A DNA stretch of 64,000 bases, from the NCBI GenBank assembly GCA_965113315.1, contig OZ220363.1, one strand, 5' to 3'. Shown one piece after another: positions 44,886 through 57,014 of this stretch. This DNA comes from Podarcis vaucheri. Lineage: Eukaryota. Position 1 is the first letter of the stretch. Every line of letters begins with the position of its first letter. The position numbers were made by a program, and so were the translations under genes. The notes below the pieces were generated by a model, which worked only from the letters and a program-made list of their open reading frames with translations, ran no database searches and was not told the origin of the DNA.

Positions 44886-44957
44886 GACTAAGACCAGTGT
44901 GATATGCTCAAACCGTCTTGCCCCGGTGAGTAACCGGGTCTTAAAAAGTAATTCCAG

Positions 44958-44958
<1 letters not shown>

Positions 44959-44999
<41 letters not shown>

Positions 45000-45425
45000 T
45001 TATTATTTATACCCCGCCCATCTGGCTGGGTTTCCCCAGCCACTCTGGGCGGCTTCCAACAAAACACTAAAATACAATAACCTATTAAACATTAAAAGCT
45101 TCCCTAAACAGGGTTGCCTTCAGATGTCTTCTAAAAGTTTGGTAGTTATTTTTCTCTTTGACATCTGGTGGGAGGGCATTCCGCAGGGCAGGTGCCACTA
45201 CCGAGAAGGCCCTTTGCCTGGTTCCCTGTAACTTGGCTTCTCGCAGGGAGGGAACTGCCAGAAGGCCCTCGGCGCTGGACCTCAGTGTCCGGGCAGAATG
45301 ATGGGGTTGGAGACACTCCTTCAGGTATACTGGACTGAGGCCGTTTAGGACTTTAAAGGTCAGCACCAACACTTTGAATTGTGCTCGGAAACGTCCTGGG
45401 AGCCAGTGTAGGTCTTTCATGACGG
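44959..45425 (-). mobile_element. L2-clade LINE 3' fragment with long (TTA)n tail
   Basis: LHWLPGRFRAQFKVLVLTFKVLNGLSPVYLKE…[10 protein letters not shown]. Confidence 0.82.
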
Positions 45426-45439
45426 TATGACACCCCCCC

Positions 45440-46400
45440 CCCCACCACGGTAAGACACTTTCTCTGCTGCCAACACGGGAAGCAAAAGCGCCCGGAGATA
45501 CAAGGGAAGCAAACCGAAGGCCAAGCAAGCAAGCGCCGCTCTGAGAGGAAAGCGGCGGCGACAACGCGCGGGCGGGGCAGGGGGAGAGGCGCGGCTCCAT
45601 CCCTCCTCCTCCTCTCCGCGCGCGCCCCCCCTCCCCTCGCGCCCTCAACGGTCACAGGCTGACCGTTATTCCTGAGGCCACACGGCTCCGAAGCCGCCCA
45701 GGGTCTCTCTCTCCCCCCCACCCCCGCCGCCTGGAGGAAGCGGGTGGGGCTCACCCCGCCGGCGGTCTCGAAGGCCGCGCTGACCTGTCACCGGGGCTTT
45801 TCCTCCGCTCAAATTGCCGCCGCCGGCTTTGCTCCGAGATGCTCCTTCACAAAGGGCGGCGGGGAAGGGGCGAGACGGCAGCGGCTTCCAATAAGGAGGT
45901 TGAGACCCAAAGCAAAGCCCCGCCGGAGACAGCTCAGCATCACCTGACGAGTTGCGCATGCGCCGAAATGAGGCGAGGAGACTGGACAGAGCAGCCGCCG
46001 CCGCCCCTTGGGCGTTGGGGAAGGGGGCGCATGCGCGCGGCGAGAAACGCGGGTGACGTACGTACGTAAACCTTCCAACGGGCGGAAGGGCGGTTTGTCT
46101 GGGGGCCCAAGACCAAGTTGCTCCACTGTTTTTCTGTGTGGGGTGTTTTTGTTTTTAATGGAGCGAAGGAATCAGTCAGCCACTTGCTGACATCTCTCAA
46201 ATATAGCGTTGGTTAAGGGGAGGGTAAGGACTACAAATCCCAGCATGCCATGCGGCCAAGCCTCGTTCCCGCCCACTTGCCTTACTGTCAAGCCTTCAGC
46301 CTCTTGTAAAAGGAGGAAGAGCGGTGCATTCTGGGAACTGCCATGAGTTGTCCCGGGGCGAATTGGGAATTGCAGTCCGCTTTCCGCGCTTGGGTTGCAT
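45440..46400. promoter_or_regulatory. CpG-island promoter of DYNC1I2
   Basis: GC/CpG-rich; NRF1-type GCGCATGCGC at 45954-45963 and 46027-46036; CRE-like TGACGTA 46054-46060; ETS CGGAAG ~46083; ZNF143/THAP11 ACTACAAATCCCAGCATGC 46230-46248 plus two reverse copies near 46326 and 46362. Confidence 0.85.
45785..45950 (-). other. DYNC1I2: probable non-coding exon 1 of DYNC1I2 (donor CAG|gtcagc at 45785, alternative GGG|gtgag at 45755; TSS approximate)
   Basis: Exon 2 has an acceptor 10 nt before the ATG, so an upstream UTR exon is needed; only CpG island upstream, with donor-like sites. Confidence 0.55.
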
Positions 46401-46438
46401 GAAGGAAGCCGAAAGTGAACCCGTTGCTTGCTCTCCAT

Positions 46439-46693
46439 GAGAGCCAGTGTGGTGTAGTGGTTAAGAGCGGTAGTCACGTAATCTGGGAAACCGGGTTCGC
46501 GTCTCCGCTCCTCCACATGCAGCTGCTGGGTGACCTTGGACTAGTCACACTTCTCTGAAGTCTCTCAGCCCCACTCACCTCACAGAGTGTTTGTTGTGGG
46601 GGAGGAAGGGAAAGGAGAATGTTAGCCGCTTTGAGACTCCTGAAGGGGAGTGAAAGGCGGGATATCAAATCCAAACTCTTCTTCTTCTTCTTC
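46439..46693 (+). mobile_element. Squam3-like tRNA/CORE SINE with (CTT)n tail
   Basis: A-box TGGTGTAGTGG, B-box GGTTCG, CORE-like GGGTGACCTTGG…GTCAC, L2-like tail, (ctt)n. Confidence 0.8.
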
Positions 46694-46967
46694 CATCTGG
46701 TCCGCCGGCTGAAAGTGCGCATCCTTACATTGTGCAGCGCTTGCCAAATGCAATTAACTCAGCGGATGTTGGTCCTGATAGGGGTTTCTGCTGTTTTTTT
46801 CATAGCACAGGTTGCCCGAAATCTAATCCGGACGACGTGACCCACCCACTCGGAAGTAAATCGCGCTGAATTCAAGCTGTGTGACTCCCAAGTAACGGGC
46901 AGCAAAAGAACACAGTAGTTCTGCTGGGCGTGGTCGGTTGCGCTTGTTTTTGGCCCCGAGATCCGAT

Positions 46968-47058
46968 CATAGCTGTCAACTTTTCCCCTTTTCTTGCGAG
47001 GAATCCTATTCGGAATAAGGGAATTTCCCTTATAAAAAGGAAAACGTTGACAGCTATG
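46968..47058. mobile_element. 90-bp hAT-type MITE, second copy (inverted), TSD GATC(C/T)GAT
   Basis: Same 13-bp TIR as 44796-44885; 8-bp TSD with 1 mismatch. Confidence 0.85.
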
Positions 47059-48749
47059 GATCTGATGCGTGTGCGCCAATTAATGTTGCAGTAGCATGTG
47101 CTTTCTCCTCACCCGACACCCATTCTAAGAAAACAAAACAACAAACAAAAACCACCAGCAGGGTGAGGCGCTGCTGTTCATTTCTGGGAGCCCCTTCTCC
47201 ATAAGGACAGAAACAGCACTTTGACATTGTCTGCTGTCTCTGCCTTTGGCTGGACGTTTTACAGAAGGTACAAAGGCACTGCCATAACTGCCCATGCTGC
47301 AAACTCTTCAATCTTTGGACCCATTTCCTCCTCTGGACATAAGACGTTTGCACTTCTTTGAAGCTGAACGTAGAGCTGGTCTGTCTTCACTCTTGATATA
47401 GGGAACTTGTGGCCCCTCAGAAATTGTTCAGATGCCCAACATCTGCAGTCATCATGGCCAGTGGTCAGGGAATGATGGGAGTCCGTGTCTAGCAACACCT
47501 AGAGGGCCAAATATTGTCCAACCCCAATCCCCTTTTCCAATATGCTTAGTATAAATTATTAGGAACTTGAGCAGGCCAGTTGCCCTTTCCCCCGCAATAG
47601 CTCCAGTTTCCTTTTTTTCTTTTAGCTTCATTACATTGATTACAGCTTTGTCTTAGGAAAATAATCAAACTTTTGAATTTTTCTCTTGTCTCTCATCAGA
47701 TGAGAGTTTGAACAGTACATCTGTGTAAACAATAGAGGCTGTTATGTAGTTAGTTATTTTGCACAATTTATAGACTATCTCAAACCTTAAAGAGGCTGCT
47801 CCTTCTCATATTGCCAGTATTTATCAGGGGAACATGAGTGAATGGCTAACTATCATTTGTAATGTTCGGAGACAACTCACATTGCTTAAAAGCAGGTTGA
47901 CAGCAGGATATATGAAGACATTTTCAGGGCCATTTTATATTTCTGCTGGTTGGAGTTGTGCAACCTGACACCATAATCTCCGTGTCAGTTGTATAGATAT
48001 CCTCAACTACTGTCACTCTTTCTGACAGCTTTCATAGCTTACTGACAATGCTCATCCAAGGAATACAATCAATGCCAGATCTGCAAATTTTGCCATGGGG
48101 GCAAAAGTATGCACCGTCACCCTGTTTTGTGATGCTCACTGCCCTCAGGAAGAAAAACTGTCTGCATTTCTGTCTATTGCTCCATAAATCTGTAGATACA
48201 GATTTGTTTTAAGACCATTAAAAACAAGCTGCTGCAGAACTGAAAGAGCAGCAAGACTCCTGGATTCATTTTCTTTTTACTACCGTGTTTGAGGGTTTTT
48301 TAAACAATCGAGCAGTGTATAATTTTTATGAAATAAATAATTAACCTCCATATACTGAGGGACTAGAAACTTAGTAAATGAATATATCTACTAGTTGGGG
48401 TAAATATGTGCATATACAGTATATTCCAACTAGAAGAACTAAGGTTAACAGCAGCAGCCAAAAGCCCTGGAATGGGGCATTCCAAGGAAGGTGTTGGGCA
48501 AGTCCAGGATCTGCTGAATCCTGAACTAGTCCCACTGCCAGGGGCAAAACTAGGCTATATTTCATCTGGGTCAAAGACCTAGTTTGGCACACACCCAATG
48601 CACATTTGCGTACACACACAGGCTGCGAGTCTCAATGGCGCCCTTCTGGAGGCTTCACTTGGGGCAAAAGACCATGTCTAGCTCTGCCCCCCCTCAGTAG
48701 CTACGACTCTACTCCCTGCCATCACATGACAGCATCAGGCCTGATCTGT

Positions 48750-49256
48750 TGTCAGGGACTGGGCAGAAGAGGAATGGTGGAGACTACCTCCCCAGCCTGA
48801 CCCTTCCAGAGAAGAAGGAGACAGTTCAGAATTACAGCAGGGGTTTGAGGGAGACCACAGCTCAGAGGCAGATGAGGGGGAAAGCTGGGAAATAATGGGA
48901 GAGGAGGAGGAGGGAAAAAGAAGAAGAAGCACCAGGGGAGCGACAGCTGATGGACTTGGTGTCTTTAGAAAGCAATCCAGACTTCCCCTTTCCCAGAACC
49001 TGGCGGGCATTGAAAGTAGGAGAGCAAAGAGCTCAAAGGCAGAGGGCAAATAGCAGCACCTGTAGCGATGACTCATGAAGAATTGGAAGAGACGGAGGGA
49101 GTGGAGATTCACTCAGGGCAACACCATTATTCTGAGAGGCTGCATTCCCAAGCCTCTCTGTGTGAATATTGAATAAAAGCAGATGATAAGAACTTTTCCT
49201 TGTCTGGTCCGTTCTTGACAGCTTGCTGTGGGGGTTGGTTCCTCCGCCACCTGACA
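48750..49256 (+). mobile_element. solo LTR
   Basis: TGTCAGG…CCTGACA termini, AATAAA at ~49172, flanks TCTGT/TCTGG. Confidence 0.7.
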
Positions 49257-51354
49257 TCTGGACCCAGGCACTGTGAGGCTAGTGCAATGATCTGCCTGCT
49301 CCAACCAGCCACCTTTCCTCCGGTCAGTGTGCACAACAGTGTTGTGGATGTGTTGGTGCCCCATTGCTCTGTTAAGTCTCACCCAGGTTAGGACTGGTAA
49401 AATGTGCTCTTGCACTCTTCTTAGGATCTGGGGTTGTTTTTTTAAAAAAGTACAGAAATACCTGCATGCATGCCCAGAACAGAAAAGGGCAGTGGGAGGT
49501 AGTGAGGAGAGTGACTGAGGGGAGAGACAAAAAAATCAACATCTGGATACACAGCATCAAACTCTGCCCGGTGTTGTGGATGGGAAGTAGCAGAATAAGC
49601 AATGAATATCCATGACTGAGGAAACACAGCAATGTTTGGAAGCGAGTGTGTCAAATGTGCACATAGAAAAAAACAGATTTGAACAACCTATTTGCAATAT
49701 AAGGCCCCTGTCTGGAAGAAGTCCTCACACCTACTCACACTTCTCTGAATAGTGCAGAACTGATGTTTTGCTCTCTTTGCAAAGCCAGTGAACAATCTAC
49801 AGTAGGGACATTCTTCAGTTGTGTGTGTTTTCAAGCACTGGTACCTTCCGCATGTCTTCTGAGTTCACCACTGCGCATTGCTCCAGTTTCTGCTAGTCTG
49901 AGTACCAGTCATTGTATTTCAGGGATCCACCGACAAACATTAACTGATAGGCCAGTCTCCTCTTACAAGGTAAAACTCTTACTTTCCTATTATTATTGTT
50001 GTTGTTGTTGTTGTTATTGTTCTAGTCTCTCCTTTTCCTTTTATATTTGTTACACCGTTAATATGCTTCCCCTATTATTCCCTTTGCTTGATACAAATTT
50101 CCTTCTTTAGTGTCAAAATAAGGTGACGGTGAATCGCGAGTCCCTCCTGAGATGAGTACTCCTGCAATCTAGCAACCTTTGCCACGAAAAACATACACTC
50201 GTGAATGGGCAAGCACTTAAGAGCGATTCACCGCCAAACATTATAGAAAATAGACCTACACGGGTTCAAAGAATACAAGACCAAGTTCCCCTTTCCTCGG
50301 TTTTGGTCCAGCAAGTACGGCGCTCTAATTTTATTCCTATTATGTGGTTAAGAGGCGAGAAAATGAAAGCTTCCTAAAAGGCCCCCAAACCTCTGCTGTT
50401 GCAGTGGTTTCTAAAAGCAAGAATGGAAACACCAAAAAGATCGGCAGAAAAGGAACCATTTAAAGAAACATTGTAGGCTACTGTATATTCTGCCCTTATT
50501 CTCTGCCCTTCCCATCAGTTTGCATTTGACAGGGAGAAAGGCAAGGGAACATGTCTGATCGTTCAAAATATAATACAGCCCTGTTTCTAAAGGAAGTGTT
50601 GTATTGCTGCTGCTTCATCCACAGTGCATGGGTTGCTGTTCATTTTCAATGAAGAAAATCAAGATCTTTGCAAGGGATGAGCTTGTTTAGTTCAGAATTT
50701 ACAGTTTCTCCTTTCACGAACCGAAAATCAGTTTGAGACCTTGTTTCAAGCTATTGTCTAATAATTCTTAGAGTACTGGGAATCTGGATTGGAATGGAAA
50801 ATTAAGGAGAGAGGTCCCCCCCCCCCCAGTCTATTAAGGTGAATGGTTTTAAACCTAGAGATTTCAAGACGTCATATTTCCCCATTGTCATATTGGTCTT
50901 TCCTTCCCAACTTCAAGGGGATAAAGTAAGCAACAGAAGGCGCAAAGCTACTGTGTTTTCCAACATGCAGCATACATTTTGCTGGTACGTATGCTCAGAA
51001 CAGTTAGCATTCTCTTCTTGCTGGCAAATTTTTATCCAGTAAATGCTCCTAACCATAGGTGCCATCTCCATAGGTCACAGTAACTCTTAGTGTTCAATTT
51101 CCTGTGGAGTCAATCGGTCCTGTCTGTCAGTCTGCCTTAATACGTGCAGCCTTTATGCTTAGAAGAAGAGCAGTTTGTATTGGTTTTTGCAGGAAAATAA
51201 CTTCGGCTCAAGTGCTGGCATAAAAGCACAGGTGGCAACAGAGGCAAAGGTCCGTTTCGCACATGGCTTTTGGTTACAGGAAACAGCACCTCTACATGCA
51301 CAACGGATGTGGTTCATCTAGGTTCATACAGCACAGGAAAAATTTCCTCCAGTA

Positions 51355-51785
51355 ATTGGTTGGCGCCTGTCTGTCTTGAGAGACAATGGAGTTCACCTTC
51401 AGGGGTGAAGTCAAACTGATGTGTTAGCAGCACCAAAGTGACTCCCTGGGGTGCAAGACTGGGCAGTGGGTATGGAGGTCCTGGGCTGCCCATACAAAAA
51501 GACCCCCCTCTCAGCCTCGCTGATGTGGTCCAAAGGAAAGGACAGCAATACTTTTGGCACCATCTTGGCTGCAGGAGTTGCCGGAAGGAGGTGTGCAAGG
51601 CGCCATCCAACCATCTTAGGGACTCCACTCTGGGTTTGTCTAGCTTTTTCTTCTCCCAAATATAGCCTTCCCAAGTTGACAAGCCCCATCTGCCCCTCAC
51701 TTCCCTCTACAGCATGTGTAGAAACTGCCTTCTTGATCGTTGGACCCACCACTGGTTTTGTCCGCTCAATCTGCCAGAGCCCGTC
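51355..51785 (-). mobile_element. RTE-like non-autonomous retroelement (longer copy)
   Basis: Homologous to 24665-24985; extra 5' part GGGGCTTGTCAAC…GGGAAGGC…GGAGAAG resembles RTE 5' UTRs. Confidence 0.55.
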
Positions 51786-52193
51786 ACCTATATTGCTGTG
51801 ACTCTCACTTTGCAGTCTGCCAATCTAAATTGCGTATACAAGAAATGATGTGCGGTACAATCCTAAACATGTCTACTCGGAAGCAGGCTCTGTTGAGTTC
51901 AATGGGATTTGCTTCCATGACGCTGCCATGTGAATATCCATTATTTCTACTAGCTTTCAAAGATTCAAACAAAGTAAACTGCCACAGGTACACACACGTT
52001 TGTTACTGAGCTGAGAACAGACTAGTCTAATGTCGTTTACATAGATCTGCCCCGCTATGGAATCTGATGCTTAAAGCGGCCACATGGGATGACTGGTCCT
52101 TCCTCTACATAAGAATTTCTTCCTATATACATAAAAATGTAGGGCTGTCACCACACAACCACCACTGGATAATTGGTAGTGCCATGTCACAAT

Positions 52194-52809
52194 TGTGATG
52201 GCTGGGACTCGGGCTCAGACTCAGAACCAGAGGAATCTCAGTCCGCACTGGATCCTTTGCCTCAGGTGGCAACTGGACCAAGTCTGGGGCCTGATTCTGA
52301 AGAGCCCCAGTCTGCACAGGTTCCCCTGCAGCAAGCACCAGCTGAGCCAAGTCAGGGGCCTGAGCCTGCCCTGGCTCCAGATGCAGGGATTACCTTGTTG
52401 CCTTCAGCTGGGCTATCACTTACAGCTGCTCCACTACCAGTTGGGTCAGGAGAGGCTGAGGCGGCCTCTGGGTCTAGTAACCCACCGACATCTCCCGAGC
52501 TGCAGAGACTAAGGTCTGAGAGAAGGAGAGACCTGAGTACTTGCAGGAGGAGTGCTCACCTTCGGGGAGACAGGGAGATGAGTCACAGGGGGATCAGGAC
52601 CGGCCTTTACCCCGACAAAGATAAAAGGCTGTCGGACCCTGCCCCAGGTTGCGGGAGCAACATTGCTGTTTGCCAGAACTGCCTGAGACCCTGTGCCTGA
52701 CCTTGCCTGGTGTCCTGCCTTGGCCCTGTTGGACTGACTCCTCGCAGAACCCTTGGATTAGGGACCGGATCTGGACCGCATTGTTCGGGTTACCCCCGGG
52801 CCTGGCACA
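52194..52809 (+). mobile_element. probable LTR-type element fragment
   Basis: GC-rich block with TG…CA ends and low-complexity pseudo-ORF, GATAAAA TATA-like box; no clean TSD. Confidence 0.45.
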
Positions 52810-54490
52810 GCAGTACTGGATTTGCATGAAGTTAGAATGATGTGATCCACCCATGGGATGCAACTGCTATTTGCTCCCCAGTCTCTAACATGGCAGGGCA
52901 GGGCCATACACAAGGCTGTGTAGTGGACAACCATTCATTTTCCTTCTGTCAAGACAACACAGCGTGATGAAAATCCTATCTTTTCCAGATACTAAGTGAT
53001 CGTAAATTCTTTGATTGTGAAAATACAGGCTGTTCTTGTAGCATAGAATCTTTGGCCAGAAGGCATCTGTCAGTCTTTCAAGTGACCCTCTCTTTTTCGT
53101 CACTGCTAAGCGACATCGCAAAACAAAACCTCCTTTTATTAAAAATGCTCAAATTGTGCACGTTTCACAAAATGGGCATTTATGAAGCGTTCGAAGGGAC
53201 CTTTCATTCAAGCCCGTAAAATCTGTTAAAGCAAATTTCATATATTTCCATTAAGGAGACAAATGACTTCTCGTAGGCAAGGATCAAATGCATCAGAGAG
53301 CCAGTATGTTGTCTTAATAATGGGAGGTGGGCTGTGGAGGGTGGGAGAAATGATGGAACACTTCCAGTTCAAAGAATTCATTGCTTTTCATTTATGCTGG
53401 AAATAATGTGAATGATGTAACCTTCACCTCCCAGTTGCAAAGTTATCAGGCAAGGCAGACATCACTAGATACATCACATTTCTGACGTGAAAATGACTAG
53501 AAGGCTATTTCCTTCTCTTTCTTTCCTCCTGAAAATTGTTCAAGATCTTATTGTAATATATTGGGGCGGGGAGCCTGCATAATGTTGCAGGCGACAAAGA
53601 ACTCGGCTAGAACCTCTCTGAGAGATTATTGCTATTCTGTCTTTGTGCTGATTGAAATCCAGGATGTTTATATCCAAGCCATTACGAGACACTGGCAAAT
53701 ACCTTTCTGCCTCACGGGAAATGTAATCTTTCCATTGAACATTTTACCCTGGTGAATTTCATCTGCAATAGGAATGGGCAGTTTTGCATTTGAATCAAAT
53801 AAGGTCACTGCTTTGCATAAATTGATGTGGAATATACTCTGCTTGCCTTTAGATGAAATTGATCCGTTGTTGGGTTGAACAGAATACATGGCAGTAAATA
53901 TTTGGACATACCGGTAATTAGGTTCCTTTTAAGTCTTGGTGAATGCAGAGTAACAGTGAGATGCCCAGCGTCTCTAGGTTGGTTTAGGTATAAAACCCAG
54001 ATAGTTTCAGTATAATAATGCTTTCAGAAATGGTCCTGTTATCACTTCATATTAAACCCACATTGTTGAATATGAAGTGACAATGGTGTAATCCTTTGTA
54101 TCTGAAATAAAATCAGAGTTTTTGCCAGTGGGTACTTCCAAACAACAATGAAAAGCCATTTTTTTTCTGCTAACACTATAATAGTGCTAACTCTATTCAG
54201 CAGTGATTGTGCATGTATTTAGTTTCCATTGAAAGGAAAAGGAAACTCTATGGAAGAGATGAGAATCTTTCTCCAACCCCCACAGCACACACCTATCGCC
54301 TGCCATGGTGATAGATTTAAAAAACACTGCTGTAATTCACGGTTTCATCCCACATGGCACCTCAGCAACTGTTTTATGGCTATAGTTGAAAGAGGGAGGG
54401 AAAGAAATCCCACTTTCTGCTGCCTATGCACTACTCAGGGTGGTTTACAGCAATTTAAAAATTACGGTGTTGTAAAATACAATTAAACTA

Positions 54491-54716
54491 CAGTGGTACC
54501 TCAGGTTAAGTACTTAATTCGTTACGGAGGTCCGTGCTTAACCTGAAACTGTTCTTAACCTGAAGCACCACTTTAGCTAACGGGGCCTCCTGCTGCTGCT
54601 GCGCCGCCGGAGCACGATTTCTGTTCTCATCCTGAAGCAAAGTTCTTAACCTGAAGCACAATTTCTGGGTTAGCGGAGTCTGTAACCTGAAGCATATGTA
54701 ACCTGAGGTACCACTG
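54491..54716. mobile_element. pogo/Tigger-like MITE, copy 3
   Basis: TIR and TA TSD. Confidence 0.88.
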
Positions 54717-55737
54717 TATATTTAAATAGAGTGGGTGGGATTCAGCTAACTAGTCCCACTAGTGGAAGACCACGCAAGGAATTCTGCTAGTGCAACAGGG
54801 CTTTCCCCCTCACCCATGTACCCCTATGCCCCCTCCCCATTGGCTATGGTGTGTGTGTCAGAATAATCCCCAGAACAACCCACAGGGAGAGAGGGGTTCC
54901 ATTTGGCAAGCTGAAAAGCTTGCACTGATGGAACAAATGCCATACTGCTTCACTGGATTCCTCCCAGTAAAACCACAATGCAGATATGTTAAAAATAAAA
55001 CAAAGTCCAAGACATCATTTGAGCTGCAAATATGTCCTTGTTTTGCATATTGTAAGAGAGGATACTTCATTGAACCCAAACTTTCCTTTGGTCTTTCAAC
55101 CCCTGTATTCTTCCTGATAGAAGAGTGAGGTTTTATTTTAAGTATGTGCGGATAGGACTGCAATCTTCATATCGTAAATACCGGTATATGTAGGGAAGTG
55201 ATATTTTGACTATATAGCTGCAGTCAAATCAGCTAATGCACAAGAGCATTCAGCAAGATTAAATAAAAATCGCAAACAGCGTATGGAAAGGTATCCAAGT
55301 GAGTAAACATCAAACAAGAGATTATTCTTCTTTGTGAGGAATCCGTTCCAGCAAAAAATTGAACCAGGGCCCTTGGCATCTCAAATCAGTAGGGCTCCCT
55401 GTTGAGCTAAAAGAAAATTGGTGGCTCTGGCAGTAGCAGGAAAACTTGACACTTTGGCAAGCATGTTTATAATCTCTGATATAGTTCTTTCATCAAAGGC
55501 CTCGCTTCAATCCACTGTTCACTGGGTTTTTCAGCTCACATGCCAGATCCTGTGAGCTCCTGCTACTGAGTTTGTTTTTTATTAAGCTGGTGCCAAATTT
55601 TCATTCTCAAAACTTTCTGAGTGGAGAGTTTTGGTGGGTATGAAGCTTTTAACGAATAACCTCTAAAGAGGTCTTCCCCCACACCCCTGCAGTTTGAAGT
55701 AGTTCCCAACTCTTGCTTCTCCATCTATTATTCCTTT

Positions 55738-56075
55738 TGAAATATACTCGGAGTCGAGAGTGGATTTCATTCTCTTTATTCAGCTCATAGTGTTGAGGAA
55801 GAATGGAAGTTCCCTCAGAATGTCTGCCTTATACACATTATTTACACAATGGGCCCCACATGATTGGCTAATTCCGGGGTTCTCTTGTAGGCCAATCAGG
55901 TTGCGGATTCCCTTCCACCTGGAGCTGGATTGGGTGGCTCCTTTGGACCAATCAAACTGCTGCATTCTGGATCCTTTTGTTCTAGGACCAATCAGACTGC
56001 AGCATTCTGAATCCTATTGTTCTAGGACCAATCAGACTGCTGCCTTTTGGATCCTATTCAACTCAGTACATAACA
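55738..56075 (-). mobile_element. solo LTR with 5-bp TSD CCTTT and internal ~40-bp CCAAT-containing tandem units
   Basis: Minus strand TGTTA…TTTCA, TATA-like box, AATAAA; ccttt on both flanks. Confidence 0.85.
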
Positions 56076-56959
56076 CCTTTGCTGCCATTTTTCTCGCCCG
56101 GCCTTTCTGATTTGCGTATTCCTAGCAAATCCACCATTGCACACAGAACGCAAGGATGTCACAATACTGCATAACCAATCACAATCAGTTATGCTGTCAA
56201 AGGAGGGAAATGAAACCACATTGCTCTTAGGGAAATGGGGGGGATACATTCCTGTTTCAAGGCAGTCACAACAACACTCCTTGTTCTCTTGTACTGAAAT
56301 GAAACTGCCTTGATGGGACCTGTCTGCTTGACCATCTCGCTGTCCAGCGCAGGCTCACATGCCTCCTCGGTTGGTGGGGCAGACATGCTATCCTGAAGTT
56401 GGGCGATAGAGGCCTCATTTGATGTTCCCACCTTAGCTGGGACATCTGGAAGTAGCTGGGAAGAAGGGTTGCCATACATCCAGAATTTCCCAGACATAGC
56501 CAGAATACTGCAGTTGGAAGCAATGTCCAGGCGGAAATCGCTAAAAATGTCTGGGGAAATCCAGACATATTCAGTGTCGCTTTTGGTGATTGTCCTTAAA
56601 AGTAGCTCCAAAATGTTAATTTTTAAGGAAGTCTTTTAATCCCATTGGCCTGAGATTCTTTGGGGCTTTATATACTAATAGTTCCAAATTCAATCCCAGA
56701 ATGTTCAGATTACCACTGGGTTTTGGATGTTTGCATTGTTTCCACCCCAGCCAATTTCCCTCACGACACAGTCCAGCTGCATGGTACCATCATTCTCTGC
56801 GATGAAAGCTCCTCCTGTTGTAATTTTGGCTGCTTTTATTGTGTGGCTGCTTTTAGAAATCTACTTGTGGAGCTTTCTTTATACAGGACAGCCTCTTAAC
56901 TTGTGTCCGGCACCTTTTCCATCTTCCTCTCCTGGCATATCCTGCCAAGATTTCCCCAG

Positions 56960-57014
56960 GTCGTCGTCGTCTTCTTCTTCTTCTTCTTCTTCTTCTTCTT
57001 CTTCTTCTTCTTCT
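56960..57014. repeat. (GTC)n-(TTC)n compound microsatellite
   Basis: Direct reading. Confidence 0.95.

Noticed and set aside
45085-46200. Multiple overlapping ORFs across the CpG island
   Set aside because: GC-rich stop-poor promoter DNA plus L2 remnant; no recognisable protein
52173-52700. 175-aa Pro/Ser/Ala-rich ORF
   Set aside because: Lies inside an LTR-like repeat block; low complexity, no splice or domain support
55940-56060. ~40-bp tandem repeats (also 60445-60555) as a CRISPR-like array
   Set aside because: No unique spacers; they are enhancer-type repeats inside solo LTRs in a eukaryote
56189-56611. 140-aa minus-strand ORF
   Set aside because: Non-ATG start, no recognisable domain, upstream frame closed; cannot be supported without a homology search
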